A stretch of DNA of 63,611 nt, the filler included, from Octopus bimaculoides (Eukaryota), in the NCBI RefSeq assembly GCF_001194135.2. It is 6 parts of 6 records of this genome, joined end to end, with 100 filler letters (N's around TTAATTAATTAA, not from the genome) between each part and the next. Parts side by side here need not be neighbours in the genome. Positions count along the whole stretch, not along the records: positions 34,655 to 54,329 come from NC_068987.1; positions 54,430 to 56,585 come from NC_068989.1; positions 56,686 to 59,325 come from NC_069005.1; positions 59,426 to 63,611 come from NC_068998.1; 2 more parts are not named here. One strand, 5' to 3'. A program made the translations under genes and the position numbers. How positions within the stretch are numbered: the first letter of the stretch is position 1; every line of letters starts with the position of its first letter. Below the pieces are notes generated by a model, which was given only the letters and a program-made list of their open reading frames with translations, did no database searches and was not told where the DNA came from. Positions 50,440 through 63,577 of the stretch are shown in pieces.

Positions 50440-51030
50440 GTCTTCTCCAGCACTGCATGTTACCACTTTCACAGTTCTTTATTGTCTCTTTCATAAGTCC
50501 CAGCTTCTTAAGGTCAGTCTTCTTCCCCATGCCTTCCCCATTTAACCCCTTTCTCTAACTTCTGGTCACTTCAAGTACTTGGCATTTCTTTAAGCAACTG
50601 TATACAACATATGCATCACACAACCACTCCAGCACAGTCTTCTCTCTTGCATGCTACCATTGATTTCTCTTATATCCAGCTGTTCCATCAGCTCATTCGT
50701 GCTTCACCATTCAGGCTCACTGACATCACACATCCAGTGAGACATATTTAGTAAATTTTTTTTCTTTTAGCCATTGGAGATTTTCCATATTCAAGGCCCA
50801 CCTCTGGTTACCATACAGCTTTACATTTAGTGCGCAAGCATCATACAATCTCCCTTTTACATTAAGAGAGAAATCCTTTATTACCAGCAGAGTAAATAGA
50901 TCCCTGAACTTTACCCCATCTCATTCTTAGTCTAGTTATTATGTTTTAGGAACACACACCTTCACTGCTAATTAAGCCAACAAAGTGACAAAAGTTATAA
51001 ACTACTTCTAGGGAGCCTTCTGAGCATTTG
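50440..51030 (-). mobile_element. Decayed RTE-clade LINE RT C-terminal fragment
   Basis: Minus frames GSLEVVYNFCHFVGLISSEG..KGRLYDACALNVKLYG..WMCDVS..MQERRLCW..DLKKLGL follow the RTE order (LEVVDxFCYLG, KGRLYxACV, LYGSETW, RWMC, RRLRW); stops and frameshifts. Confidence 0.85.
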
Positions 51031-51467
51031 AAGGAATTTCATCATTGTCATCATCATTGTTGTTGTTGTTGTCATCATCATTTTAATGACCACTTGTCCA
51101 TGCTTGCATGGGTTAGATGAAATTTATTGAAGCAGTTTTTTTACTGGATACACTTCTTGTTGGTAACTAACCCTCACTTGTTCCCAGCAAGATAATATTT
51201 CCCCATCACCGGATGGGCTTTCATAGAACATTGGAAATGAATGACACCGCTCATATAATAGTGACTCTCATTTACAACTCTTGCAAACACACATACACAC
51301 ACACACATGGGCTTCTTTCAGTTTCTATCTGCCAGATCCACTCACAAGGCTTTTGTCTGTCTGGAGCTGTAGAGAAAACAATTGCCCAGGGTACCAGGCA
51401 GTGAAACTGAACTCAAAATCTCATTTTTGGAAAATAAATTTATTACTCATACAACTATACCTGTGCT

Positions 51468-51499
<32 letters not shown>

Positions 51500-51507
<8 letters not shown>

Positions 51508-51853
51508 TGGTTTCAAATTGTGCCACAAGGGCAGCAATTTTGGGGGAGGGGATGAGTCGATTACATCGACCCCAGTGTTCAACTGGTACTTATTTTATCG
51601 ACCCCAAAAGGATGAAAGGCAAAATCGACCTCAGCAGAATTTGAACTCAGAACAGAGCAACAGGTAAAATACCATCCAGCATGCTAACGATTCTGCCAGC
51701 TTGATGATGATGATGATAATAATAATCCTTTTTACTAAAAGCACAAGGCCTAAAATTTGGGGGAAGGGGACTAGTCGATGTCACCGACCTCAGCGTTTCA
51801 CTGGTACTTAATTTATCAACTCCAAAAGGTTGAAAGGCAAAGTCGACCTCGGC

Positions 51854-51855
<2 letters not shown>
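51500..51855 (-). mobile_element. Two SINE A copies separated by TAA/GAT tracts
   Basis: AAGGATGAAAGGCAAAATCGACCTC..TTTGAACTCAGAAC cores. Confidence 0.75.
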
Positions 51856-51900
<45 letters not shown>

Positions 51901-53623
51901 GTATTTCAAGGCATTCACATAACTATACAATACATGTGCATACCAGCACATGTATTGTATACATTGTGTTCTTTCGATTTTTTGATTTTTTTTTTTTTTT
52001 CATGAACAAATATAGAGAAGAAAAATGCTGGCAAATATATTAAAAATTGTACTCAATTAAAGTAAAGAGATAGAATACTTATCATTTCTCTTATGGTCTC
52101 TCTCTCTATCTTTTTCTATCTCTTTTTCTACCTTGTTCTCTCAGCTGCCATCGTTTTCAGAAGCAGACGTCTCCAGCCTCAGCCTGTCAGTCGCTTACCA
52201 AGGCTTAGCTCCCAGTTGTCAAGTGTAATCGCGCATATCGATCTGATGTGACACTAACGGTCGTCCAAACCTTCAAACTGGAGATAGAAGATGCTAGGTA
52301 ATGTGGTACGAGGGAAGCAGTAGTGGTTGTAGCAAAAGGCCCAACACAGCTTTCATAGTAGCCTTCATTTAAGCTGGTTTGATTGATTAGTATTAAAAGT
52401 ATTAACCACATAATTGCTGTTATTATTGATTGGGTGATTGAGTGAGGGAGGGGAAGGAGCGATCAGGGCCTAGAGTGGGGAGAGCCTGGGACCGCCAGGT
52501 AGTGATGGAGAAGGGGTTGTCGGAACGAATAGATATTTCCTCTTTCTGCTACTTAATTTTCGTTTGAGAATTGGCAAACAGCTCTGGTTCCCTCTAGCAA
52601 GAAGGAGAGAGAGAGAAGAAAAAAAACGATAAAGAAACATAACTAAGCTTGTACAAATATATTTTGTTTACGTCTGCAAACCACGACGATATACATATAT
52701 ACACACAGATATATGGCTACATATGTTCAACAATGTGTACACAGAAACGATGTCTTCGCGTGTCTAGTTTTTTGCGTGTATCTGTATTTTGTGTTTGCAT
52801 AGCTTCAATTGCGCACGACCCGACGCACTTATATATACACTCGTAAGTACGTCTCCAGGTGTAATGAACTGTGTATATAAAACTTGCNNNNNNNNNNNNN
52901 NNNNNNNNNNNNNNNNNNNNNNNNNNNNNNNNNNNNNNNNNNNNNNNNNNNNNNNNNNNNNNNNNNNNNNNNNNNNNNNNNNNNNNNNNNNNNNNNNNNN
53001 NNNNNNNNNNNNNNNNNNNNNNNNNNNNNNNNNNNNNNNNNNNNNNNNNNNNNNNNNNNNNNNNNNNNNNNNNNNNNNNNNNNNNNNNNNNNNNNNNNNN
53101 NNNNNNNNNNNNNATATATATATGAGGTTCTGTGTGTGTGTGTGTTTTTGTTTACAACTATAAACACACCACAATACGGCATGACACAGCTGCATGTATT
53201 AGAAAATGTGTAAATGTCTCTCTTTCAGTGTGTGTGTGTGTGTCTGCTCTATCTTTGAAAACCATTTTTATTTACTGCGACAGTCGCACCTTGACACAGC
53301 ACACACACACACACACACACACACTTCCATGTGTGGACAGAGACAAATAAACACAGAACGAAGGGACGGACCCAACACAAAGACATATATATACACATTC
53401 GCACTCCTGCATACACACACACACATATGACAGGCTTCCACACAGTTTCCATCTACCAAATTCACTCACAAGGTATTAGTTAACGTGAAGCTATCGCAAA
53501 AGACACTTGCCCAAGATACCACTCATTGGGATTGAACACCAAACCACACGTTTGCAAAGTGAATGTGTTAACCACACAGCCTTGGCCTCCAAATTTGTGT
53601 GTGTTTCCAAATGTACATGTATG

Positions 53624-53664
<41 letters not shown>

Positions 53665-54697
53665 GCACTTAAAACTGTTTAAATGTAGGACTAATTACAT
53701 TTGTTGTGTGTGTATGTATGTGTGTGTATGTCTGTGTTGCATGTCTGTTTGTGTTTCTATTTTTGTATGGCTCTGTTGTGTGTGTGTGTGTGTGTGTTTT
53801 ACATAACCATTAGACTTCTTCATTTTATGTTTACATTAGTTATTTGTTTTGAATGTATGTAATTATAGATGTACACACTTCTATAGCTATATATGCATTT
53901 AAGTACGTATGCACATACGATTGTATATGCGTGTGTGTATGTATTCATGTACGTGTGCATGTGTTTGTGTGTAAATAACAAACATACATGCACATATCTT
54001 TATTTTATACAGGGAACAAAGAAAAATCTATAAAACAAAAACGGGAGCTGAAATAATTTCTCTTTTATTTTGTCCTCAAGAGCTCTAGGAAGAATTAGGC
54101 AGGAAATCTCAGTTTTTATCCCTGATTTTAACCTCCTGCGCCTGACTTAATGTATACCTATATGCAAGTGTGTGTCCACTTTGACATCTGTATGTGTAAA
54201 TATGTGCATATGTATGAAAATTTTCAGTTGAAATCAAAATAAGCTATCAGTTCCCTAATGCTTATCAGCGTTTGTTAGAAAACATCAGTTCCCTTTGTGT
54301 GTGTTGTGTGTGTGTCTGCATGTGTCTCTNNNNNNNNNNNNNNNNNNNNNNNNNNNNNNNNNNNNNNNNNNNNTTAATTAATTAANNNNNNNNNNNNNNN
54401 NNNNNNNNNNNNNNNNNNNNNNNNNNNNNAGTTGTGTAAACATTAAGATGCATGTGTAGTTCTATGGGTATCAAAACGTATATATCATTGTGTACACGTT
54501 CGAGTGTATGCGTAATTATTCAATATATGTACTTACTATTTTGTTCCATTTCTTTTTTATATAGTTTGTAAACTTTCTGGTGTTGGTTTTGCGTGTGTGA
54601 TCGCACGTGTTTCATTGAGACATCGTGCATAGGAGGACCTGTGCTTTGTATGGCAGTGAAATTTCATTTTTTAAAAATTTATTTATTTATTTATTTA

Positions 54698-54759
<62 letters not shown>

Positions 54760-56685
54760 TGAACTTTTATCAACCAAATTATTAGAGGTTAAACCAAGAT
54801 TAAGAGGGTTATAATACTTAATTTGCTCCTTATATCCTGCCTTGTATAAGGACGATTTATAGACATCATCGTTATTATTGAAAACGTTAGCAATGGCGAA
54901 TAATTTAGAGAGTCTAAGCGATATGTTTTTAACTAGAATTTTTGTTATATTAGTAGGATGATTGCTAAAAGTGCTGATATATTTTAGATTGGTTGAAGGT
55001 TTATGGTATGGGAACTACAAAGATGTATTTAAGTTGAGTGTAAGGTGAAGGAAATTAACTTTTATTCTATCATCAGCAAAGGTAAAACTTAGGCCCACAT
55101 TACTAAATGAGATCCAACAAATACATGCGTTTTCCTATTCTACTCTTACTTCTCCAAGAATTTCAAATTTGAATAAGGCACGACCCCTGAATTTCCTGCA
55201 GAAATATGCTTATTATTACCATTTATGATGATAATTAGAAAAAATTCGTCTAATCCAACGATTCAGCATCAACATTCAAAATCTAGAGAAGCTGATGTTC
55301 AGGAAATAGGAGTAATCATTCTGTGTTATCGTTACGAATAACCTCCACGAAACTGATGCACAAATAAACGACCATCAGGTCATATATTTCCTTGTGTCTT
55401 CGTAACCGCATAGATACAAAGAATACACACCGATACACAGTGTATCGGCATGCAAACACACACACACAAGTTGCAATGAATCCAGTCTCACAAAGAAACA
55501 ACATCATCCCTGAAAATTTGACCACGAGCAAACGCATTCTTTAATATCGAACTTAGAAGATCAAGAATTTCCCCAAGGAAACATGTCAAATTACTTTGAC
55601 AATCCACCAGCTTCATTCTTATCGTAAGAACCAAACTATGCAGGTTGAAATATAAATCTTATTTCAGTCTGTCAGCGGAGTAGTAAGAATGGCAAGATAA
55701 GTAATTGTAATGTAAAAGGGAATGCACGTTTGATAATAACTGTTATATAGCACACTGCAGATATACTTTGGTCCTCTTTTGCTTAATATAAGTCAACAAC
55801 GTCACAAGTATACACACAAGTATACATAATCTCACAAACACATATAAACGAACACACACACACACACTCACACGCATTTACACACACATGCTTTATTTGT
55901 TACTTTAACGTTTTCCATATGAATGATACTAACATTCTCCTGTGCCGAAATCAAAATGATTTTGGATAAAAAGCTTCGATAAAATAGGTGTATACATGTC
56001 TGGTTTGTCTTCCCTTGTCGCACATTTTCTTCCTTAACACAAACATGTATACACACATACATATACACGCATATATTTGCATTCATATGTGTGTATGTAT
56101 ATATATGTCTGACTATATATGTATATGCGTGCGTGTGTGTTCGCAGAGATATACAGCAATACAAAATGCGAACAAAATGTATGAACATGTCAATAAGTAC
56201 AACAGGTGCAATTATGAGAGAGTATTTAATGGAGAACTTATGGTTTAGGGTTGAACATCTCACAGTAGCTTTCCGAAACTTTTAACAGGTTGGAATTCAT
56301 GGTTGTTCGTCAGCTCCAAAACATATTGCGAATATTGTTTTCCGATTCTGATTGGGTAAGATGTGCTTCATGCGCACAGAACAGGGATTGAAAATTGAAT
56401 TATATTTTGATTGAATAATTATAACATAAAGTAATATTAACACATCATATCATGATACAATGATTATAATATATTAAGGTTATAACTAAAAAAAGGAGAC
56501 TTTAAAATAAAATACACGTATCAGAATTAAATAAAAGAACTTGAAAGAGAATCAAGATATGAACTGAAGTTCAGGAGACGAAAAANNNNNNNNNNNNNNN
56601 NNNNNNNNNNNNNNNNNNNNNNNNNNNNNTTAATTAATTAANNNNNNNNNNNNNNNNNNNNNNNNNNNNNNNNNNNNNNNNNNNN

Positions 56686-57010
56686 GTCTTCTACTATAGC
56701 CTCGGGCCGACCAAAGCCTTGTGAGTGGATTTGGTAGATGGAAACTGAAAGAAGCCCGTCGTATATATGTATATATATATATGTGTGTATATGTTTGTGT
56801 ATCTGTGTTTGTCCCCCCAACATCGCTTGACAACCGATGCTGGTGTGTTTAGGTCCCCGTAACATAGCGGTTCAGCAAAAAGAGACCGATAGAATAAGTA
56901 CTAGGCTTACAAAGAATAAGTCCTGGGGTCGATTTGATTCGACTAAAAAGGCGGTGCTCCAGCATGGCCGCAGTCAAATGACTGAAACAAGTAAAAGAAT
57001 AAAAGAATAA
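56686..57010 (+). mobile_element. SINE D (5' end in gap), CpG-retaining
   Basis: GTCTTCTACTATAGCCTCGGGCCGACCAAAGCC..CCCGTCG..GGCGGTGCTCCAGCATGGCCGCAGTCAAATGACTGAAAC. Confidence 0.85.
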
Positions 57011-58337
57011 AAGAAAGTCTTCACCACATAGGTAAGCAAGCCCTGTTATGCTAATCACCCCATAGCTAGGACCCTTACAGGGGCTACTATTCTGGGTCAG
57101 AGTAGACCTGGTAACAATAATGGCTAAGAGTGAGGTTCCCCCATTCTTCAAAATCAAGTCGTGTCCAGCAGAATGCCATCGGCAGTAACCTCTTGACATG
57201 CCAAGCCTGCCATTGCAGGTTTGGTTCACGTTTGAAATTCTTACATAATCTCGTAATGTTTACGTAAAAAGGCAGTTCCTGTTTATATCCTCCACTCTAC
57301 ATCATCTGTAATAAGCAGGGTCAACCCACCATCCCTTACTGAGAAATACCTACAAACGCAAAACATTGTCATTTATTGAGTTAGTGTGTGAGAGAGAGAA
57401 AGCTGTCCTCGTAATTTTAGAAGAAAAATAATTTTGCTTTTCAAAATTGAAGAATTATCTCCCTTAGATCTTTGTGGAAACCAAATCATGGCAGTCTTGA
57501 AGATAGTGCGTCGGTAGCTAACTGGAGACAATGTTTCCTGGGGCTAAATAACAGTAACATTCGTCCTAACCCGGACTGCCACATTATGTTGGCAAATATC
57601 TTTACTCTATATAATTGCTGTTTCCAAATATTCCTTTGAGAAAAATTTACCTTTATATATATATAAAATGCAGTTGTAGGTGTGGATATGTGGTTGCAAA
57701 GCTTCCATCCTAACCATATGGTCTTGTGTTCAATCCCACTGCATGGCACCTTGAACAAGTTTTCTATTATAGCCCCAGGCTGAGCAAAGCCTTGTGAGTG
57801 GATTTAATGGAACAGAAACTAAAAGAAGCTTTGTATGTGCGTATGCATATATATATATATATATATATATNNNNNNNNNNNNNNNNNNNNNNNNNNNNNN
57901 NNNNNNNNNNNNNNNNNNNNNNNNNNNNNNNNNNNNNNNNNNNNNNNNNNNNNNNNNNNNNNNNNNNNNNNNNNNNNNNNNNNNNNNNNNNNNNNNNNNN
58001 NNNNNNNNNNNNNNNNNNNNNNNNNNNNNNNNNNNNNNNNNNNNNNNNNNNNNNNNNNNNNNNNNNNNNNNNNNNNNNNNNNNNNNNNNNNNNNNNNNNN
58101 NNNNNNNNNNNNNNNNNNNNNNNNNNNNNNNNNNNNNNNNNNNNNNNNNNNNNNNNNNNNNNNNNNNNNNNNNNNNNNNNNNNNNNNNNNNNCTATATAT
58201 ATATATATATATATTAAAAAATAGGGTAAAATATCATATTAATTAATATCGATTAATTACCAGGAAGCTAGCACATTTAAAGAATCAAAGAGATTCAGAA
58301 ACAGTATCTGCAATCTCAGGGGATTAAAGTACATTTT

Positions 58338-58449
58338 TATATATAACGTTGACCACTAACGTGGACATTCAATGTGCTAAAAATAGATACAAGATGTGAT
58401 CTATTTCTAGCACATTGAATGTCCACGTTAGTGGTCAACATTATATATA
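58338..58449. repeat. Near-perfect ~50-bp hairpin flanked by TA (mini-MITE or hairpin RNA candidate)
   Basis: TATATAACGTTGACCACTAACGTGGACATTCAATGTGCTAAAAATAGA, ~12-nt loop, TCTATTTCTAGCACATTGAATGTCCACGTTAGTGGTCAACATTATATA; 2 mismatches. Confidence 0.85.
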
Positions 58450-59452
58450 AAAAAAAATATATATATATATACACATACCTGTGTGTGTTTGTGTGTACCT
58501 TTGTCATCATGTGATGAATGTAAATGAGCATTGTTGTCATGCAAGCGCTTCCAGTCTTACTTGGAAATCGAATCTAGCTAAGGGGAAAATAATAGCTTTC
58601 TTGGAATGCGGTGAGGTTTGGCGACAGGAACGCCGTCTGACTGCAACAAAAAGGTAAAAAAACACTACCTCAAAAACACTCACCCGACCCATACCAGCAT
58701 GAAAAAGTGGACATAAAAACGATGACATTGATATATAATGAAAGGAATTGATTGGTGAGGTAGATGAAAATTTATCTAGATAATTAGCTATCGTTAAGTC
58801 TCAGCTCAGCATTCTCCAAACTTTATTATTTTCTCTCCTTCTTCTAAATATACACACATTCTAGTTTTGCACGAGTTGTGGGTGAGGGTAATCCTGTTCC
58901 GGTTCTGTTTCTGCTTTTATGTTTTGGCCACATATTTGTATTTTGGCAGAGTTTTCGGCCATTTCTTAAGCACTCAGTCTGTTATATACACACACACTCA
59001 TATGCATATAAACATACTGAGATATACATGCACACATATATATATATACACATGCATGCACACTATTTCACATATTCTCTCACACTCTCTCTCACACTCA
59101 GGCGCTCTCTCACTATCACTCTCGTGCTCTCTCTCTCTCGCTCTCCCCTCTCTCTCTCTCGCTCTCCCCTCTCTCTCTCACGCTCCCACTCTCTCCCTCA
59201 TGCTTGCTATGTCTCCCTCATGCTCCCACTCCCTCCCTCACGCTCCCACTCCCTCACTCCCACTCCCACTCCCTCACTCCCACTCCCTCACTCCCACTCC
59301 CTCCCTCATGCTCCCACTCTCCCTCNNNNNNNNNNNNNNNNNNNNNNNNNNNNNNNNNNNNNNNNNNNNTTAATTAATTAANNNNNNNNNNNNNNNNNNN
59401 NNNNNNNNNNNNNNNNNNNNNNNNNATATATACAGTGTACATTTAAAGACAT

Positions 59453-59859
59453 GAGATGACCATCATAGGACACCTAACACGCTAGAAGTAGTAGTCAAAA
59501 TCCAAACCACTATTAGGGGTAATTTCGAAGGGAATGAAAAATAAAAAAACATTTACCATCTTTCTCCTGGACCATGGTTTCGAACTCTAATTAGCAAATA
59601 AAGTAATTTTTCAAATTATAATATGTAAGCACGAGGCATGTACTGTATTGCCTCGTATTTATATGTTAATCTTGGCGTTCCTGCTGATGAGAACTTCGCC
59701 TAGCAAATTACTTTATTTGCTAATTAGAGTTCGAAACCATGGTCCAGGAGAAAGGTGGTAAATATTTTTATTTTTTATTTCCTTCGAAATTACCTCTAAT
59801 AGTGGTTTGGATTTTGACTACTCCTTCTAGCTTGTTAGGTTTCCTATGATGGTCATCTC
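59453..59859. mobile_element. Palindromic foldback/MITE-like element (~157-bp arms, ~95-bp spacer)
   Basis: GAGATGACCATCATAGGA..AAAGTAATTT (59453-59609) versus AAATTACTTT..CCTATGATGGTCATCTC (59705-59859). Confidence 0.9.
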
Positions 59860-60989
59860 CTTTAGAAGACCAAAAAAAAAAGTGTGCTGGAACATGGTTT
59901 TGTATTTACTGATCACCAACATGCAGAAACATCGTTATTTTCAACCGTAACGCAAAACCATGCTGCCGCCTGTTCTATTTCTCTCAGAATTATAGTAAAA
60001 TGAAATTGCCAACTAAAGCGTATTTGCGTGGTAAGAAGGTTAATGAAATACTTGAGATTGATGTTTTTCTATTGAATATGCAATGTTCAGCTCAATGTAT
60101 GAGATTGATTCTTAAGTGACTCATTTTCTATATAATCAATCTATTTATTTATTTAGTAATTTATTCAGTGAAGTGAACCCAATCCTGACCATATACGATG
60201 TTGGAAAAACACATAATTATTTTGACCATGTCCTTCCATAATCTTAGTTTATAATGTTTTTACAGACTTTTAATGACCAGAATTCAGTCTTTCTTAAAAA
60301 CAAGTATTTCGGCCATGTCCACCTATAACCGTGATTATATTATATTTTATAGTATTTGTACTACAACAACTCCGACAACATAAACAGCACTGGCGATAAA
60401 ATGAAAACATAAGAAGGATGAATAATCTGTTCGCTCAGCCAGCAAAAGATAGTTAAATCTCCCTCATATCCTATCATAAAGCCATCCAGTCTAACGCCAT
60501 TGCATGAGGCCTTTGTCAACTGACGCATTCAGAGCCTTTAATGGAAGATCCATTCTATTGGACGCATTCGGGCGAGTCCTTGGGTTTCAAGATACATTCC
60601 TTTCTACTCGTGTTGGAAACCATGTAAAGGGTCGTGGGCACTGCATTCACTCCTAACTTCAAGGATAATTAAAACGAACCAAATTTTGTTTTTGCGTTGC
60701 AAGATTCTTGATGGCAACTCCTGTATTGAAAAAAAATATTGTATTTTATGAGGTTTTACTGCCAGGGACGAACGGTAAACATGCAATAAGTTAGAAGGGA
60801 GAAGTATCTGAGGAGCACTTAATCATTGTTAAGATTACAGACAATGACAAAAGGAATTTGACAGACGAAACGGTTAACCAATCAATCAATTTATTTATAA
60901 TCTAATTGATCGCTAATTAAACTGAAGTGAATCATAGCCTGTGCGCGTGACTTCATTGTCCCTATGACCACCTTCAAATACACGAATAA

Positions 60990-62140
60990 AAAAAAATCAA
61001 CTTTTCCTAAAGGCAGATAAATTACTTTGGCAATATCTGTTCCTCCTTCACATTAGATGTAATATTGTACATATTCTTTTACCAGAATTCAGACCATCCT
61101 GAAGATAAAAAATTAATTTGGCAATGTCCATTGCCCATGATATTGGGTGTAGTATTATGCAGTCTTGTCTCTAGAATTCAGCCTTTCCTATTGCATCAGA
61201 GGGGGATTTTGAGTTATTGCAACGTAATTCAATGAATAACTATTGAATTTCTTTTTCGGCTGAACTACCTTTAAATGTGTCCATCGTTCATGATTTTACT
61301 TCAAAGGGAAATAAATCAGAGAATCTTCTGTTGCTGTCAGTTTTTAACGATAATAAGTGCTCACAATATGTTTCCAGGTCCATTTTGTATGGAGAAAAAA
61401 AAGAAAGCAAAAAAGAAAATAGCAGATTTCTGTTAGCTTAGCGAAGCTGTAGAAGATTTAAAAAAATAAATAAATAAAGAAAACTTGTTTGAAAAAGTTT
61501 CCAATTTTTCAGTAAATGCTTTCAAGTTAGTTTTATAATCAATCAGTTTAATGAATTTCCATTGCAGTGACAACTCATTACGCTTTTGAAATATGCAGGT
61601 TAGATAATATATGTTATTTATAGGTTGTTTGATTTCTTTAACAATATCTCTATATTCTTCACTTTCTGGACAGTTAACTACTGTATTTAAAAACACAACA
61701 ACAAAAGGTTTGCTAACTAATTTCCTTTGGAAAGCCGTCAGACTTCCGTATAATGCGAAGAAACTTTCTGAACAGGCGATTATATTTGCTATGCGGCTTC
61801 ATTTTAAAGATAGTTGTAATAGTTAATACTAAGTAAATATTGTAGGATTGGAACCAGGTTCTTTGTTACAAGACTGTGATTGTGGACGAAGTAATGAATT
61901 CTAATGATTTCAGGATATACTTTATTTTCCAAATATGCTGTGAAGCATTTATGCTTTCTGACCATTGAAGAAACACTATCAATAGAAATCGATATTAAAT
62001 GTTGTATTGGGAAATGTTTCTATCAAACTGAGATCGTTAAGTAATAAAAACGGTTTTCACACTAGTGTCAGTTAGTAAGTATTTTACAAATGATAGTCCC
62101 TAAATTAGACGGGAAGATGGCAAAATTAAAAAAAAATTCG
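60990..62140 (-). pseudogene. Decayed hAT (Buster/Charlie, ZBED5/8-like) transposase
   Basis: Minus frames ISIDSVSSMVRKHK..IHYFVHNHSLVTKNL..HYTEV*RLSKGN..IYYLTCIFQKRNELSLQ..YCEHLLSLKTDSNRRFSDL..IELRCN correspond to the hAT TDGA/MxG, 'HCxxH', 'HTEVRWLSKG', 'YLxDIFxxxNELNLQ' and dimerisation motifs; stops and frameshifts. Confidence 0.85.
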
Positions 62141-62640
62141 ATGGTTTCAATGTAAAGGAAGCTTTTACATAATGGACTCTTATTTTTTTGGTGGAGGGGG
62201 ATCGAGGGGACTTCAAATATAACTATAAAGTATGGTATTGCAGAAAATCTTATTCCCATTACTGGACGTTTCCATGGGTTGTGTAATTACAGAAAAAAAT
62301 ACTCACAAAGATGGGATGTCTGAAAATATTTTAAATGTGACAAAAATATATTGGATGTGACATTAGAGAAACTGTGGACTTGAAAGACTAAACTTGTGCA
62401 ATTAAATATTTAATCCTAATCCTCTTCACTTGATCTCTAATTAGAATTGTCACCCACGATGCAATACAGCTAATAATTGAGCCTAATGATTGGTTATTTT
62501 TACCTAAATGTGAGTGGCACAATGGTTAGGCTGTTTGGCTCACGATCTTAATGTCGTGTGTTCAATTCATATACGGGGTAGAGTGGTGTGGCCTTGAGCA
62601 ATACATTTCATTTCGAATTGCCTTAATCTACTAATCTACT

Positions 62641-62679
<39 letters not shown>

Positions 62680-62682
<3 letters not shown>

Positions 62683-63316
62683 GGGTTGGACAAAATAATG
62701 GAAACACCTTAAAATTTCAAATATATTTATTCTAATATGGGGTATTAGAATAATACCCCATATTACAGCTTGAATTCTACGAAGTATGGACTCGTACAAA
62801 GTTTGCATTGTTTCCAAAGGAATTTTTGTCCATTCTTCAGCTAAAGCAGTCTTCAGTTCTTGCAGTGATGATGGTGGATGATATCGATTCCTTACTCGTT
62901 TGTTTCTAAAATGTAACATAACTGTTCAATAATATTGAGAGCTGGGGACTGTGGTGGCCAGAAAAGATGTTCAACTTCACTAGAACGTTCCTCATCCCAT
63001 TCACTAACAACCTTAGCTGGTGAACTGGTGCGTTATCATCCTAAAAGATTGCGTTTCCATCGGGAAACAGTTCCGCAAACATAGGATGAATTTGATTAGA
63101 TAAAATGCTTAAATAATCTTGACTGTTAATTCTGCCATGAGGGGACACCATTGGGTTGGTGGATTTCCAAGATATAGCCCCACCCCAAGATCATCACATA
63201 TCCTCCTTCATGTTTAACACTTGGAAGAAGGCAGTCTGAGTCAAATGCTCTTTTGGCTGTCTCCACACGTATACTCGGCCGGTGGACGGAAATACGGTAA
63301 AGGATTACTCGTTCGA
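62680..63316 (-). mobile_element. 5'-truncated Tc1 element (catalytic domain plus 3' TIR)
   Basis: TA-flanked end CAGGGGTTGGACAAAATAATGGAAACACC at 62680. Minus frames SNE*SFTVFPSTGRVYVWRQPK..CLLPSVKHEGG..PPSSLQELKTALAEEWTKIPLETMQTLYESI.RRIQAVI are the Tc1 DD34E domain remnant. Confidence 0.9.
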
Positions 63317-63577
63317 GTAGGCAGTTCAGGACGCCAGCAGATTTCAACGCTGCAGGAAGGTATTCCAAAGGATTAAGATATGCTGAAGAAGGTAAGACAT
63401 TTGTATCAAACCAGAACCCTGTCCACATACATACCTGTACCATTAAATGTATAGCTTTACGCTATAAAGGAATGTATACATGTGTGTGTATATACAAATG
63501 TATATACATGTATACATGTATGTGTATATATATATATGTATATGTATATATTCACAAGTATATGTGAATGTATATGC

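Noticed and set aside
57440-57520. LRR-like LKNYLPLDLCGNQI
   Set aside because: A single short match, stop soon after, and no neighbouring LRRs.
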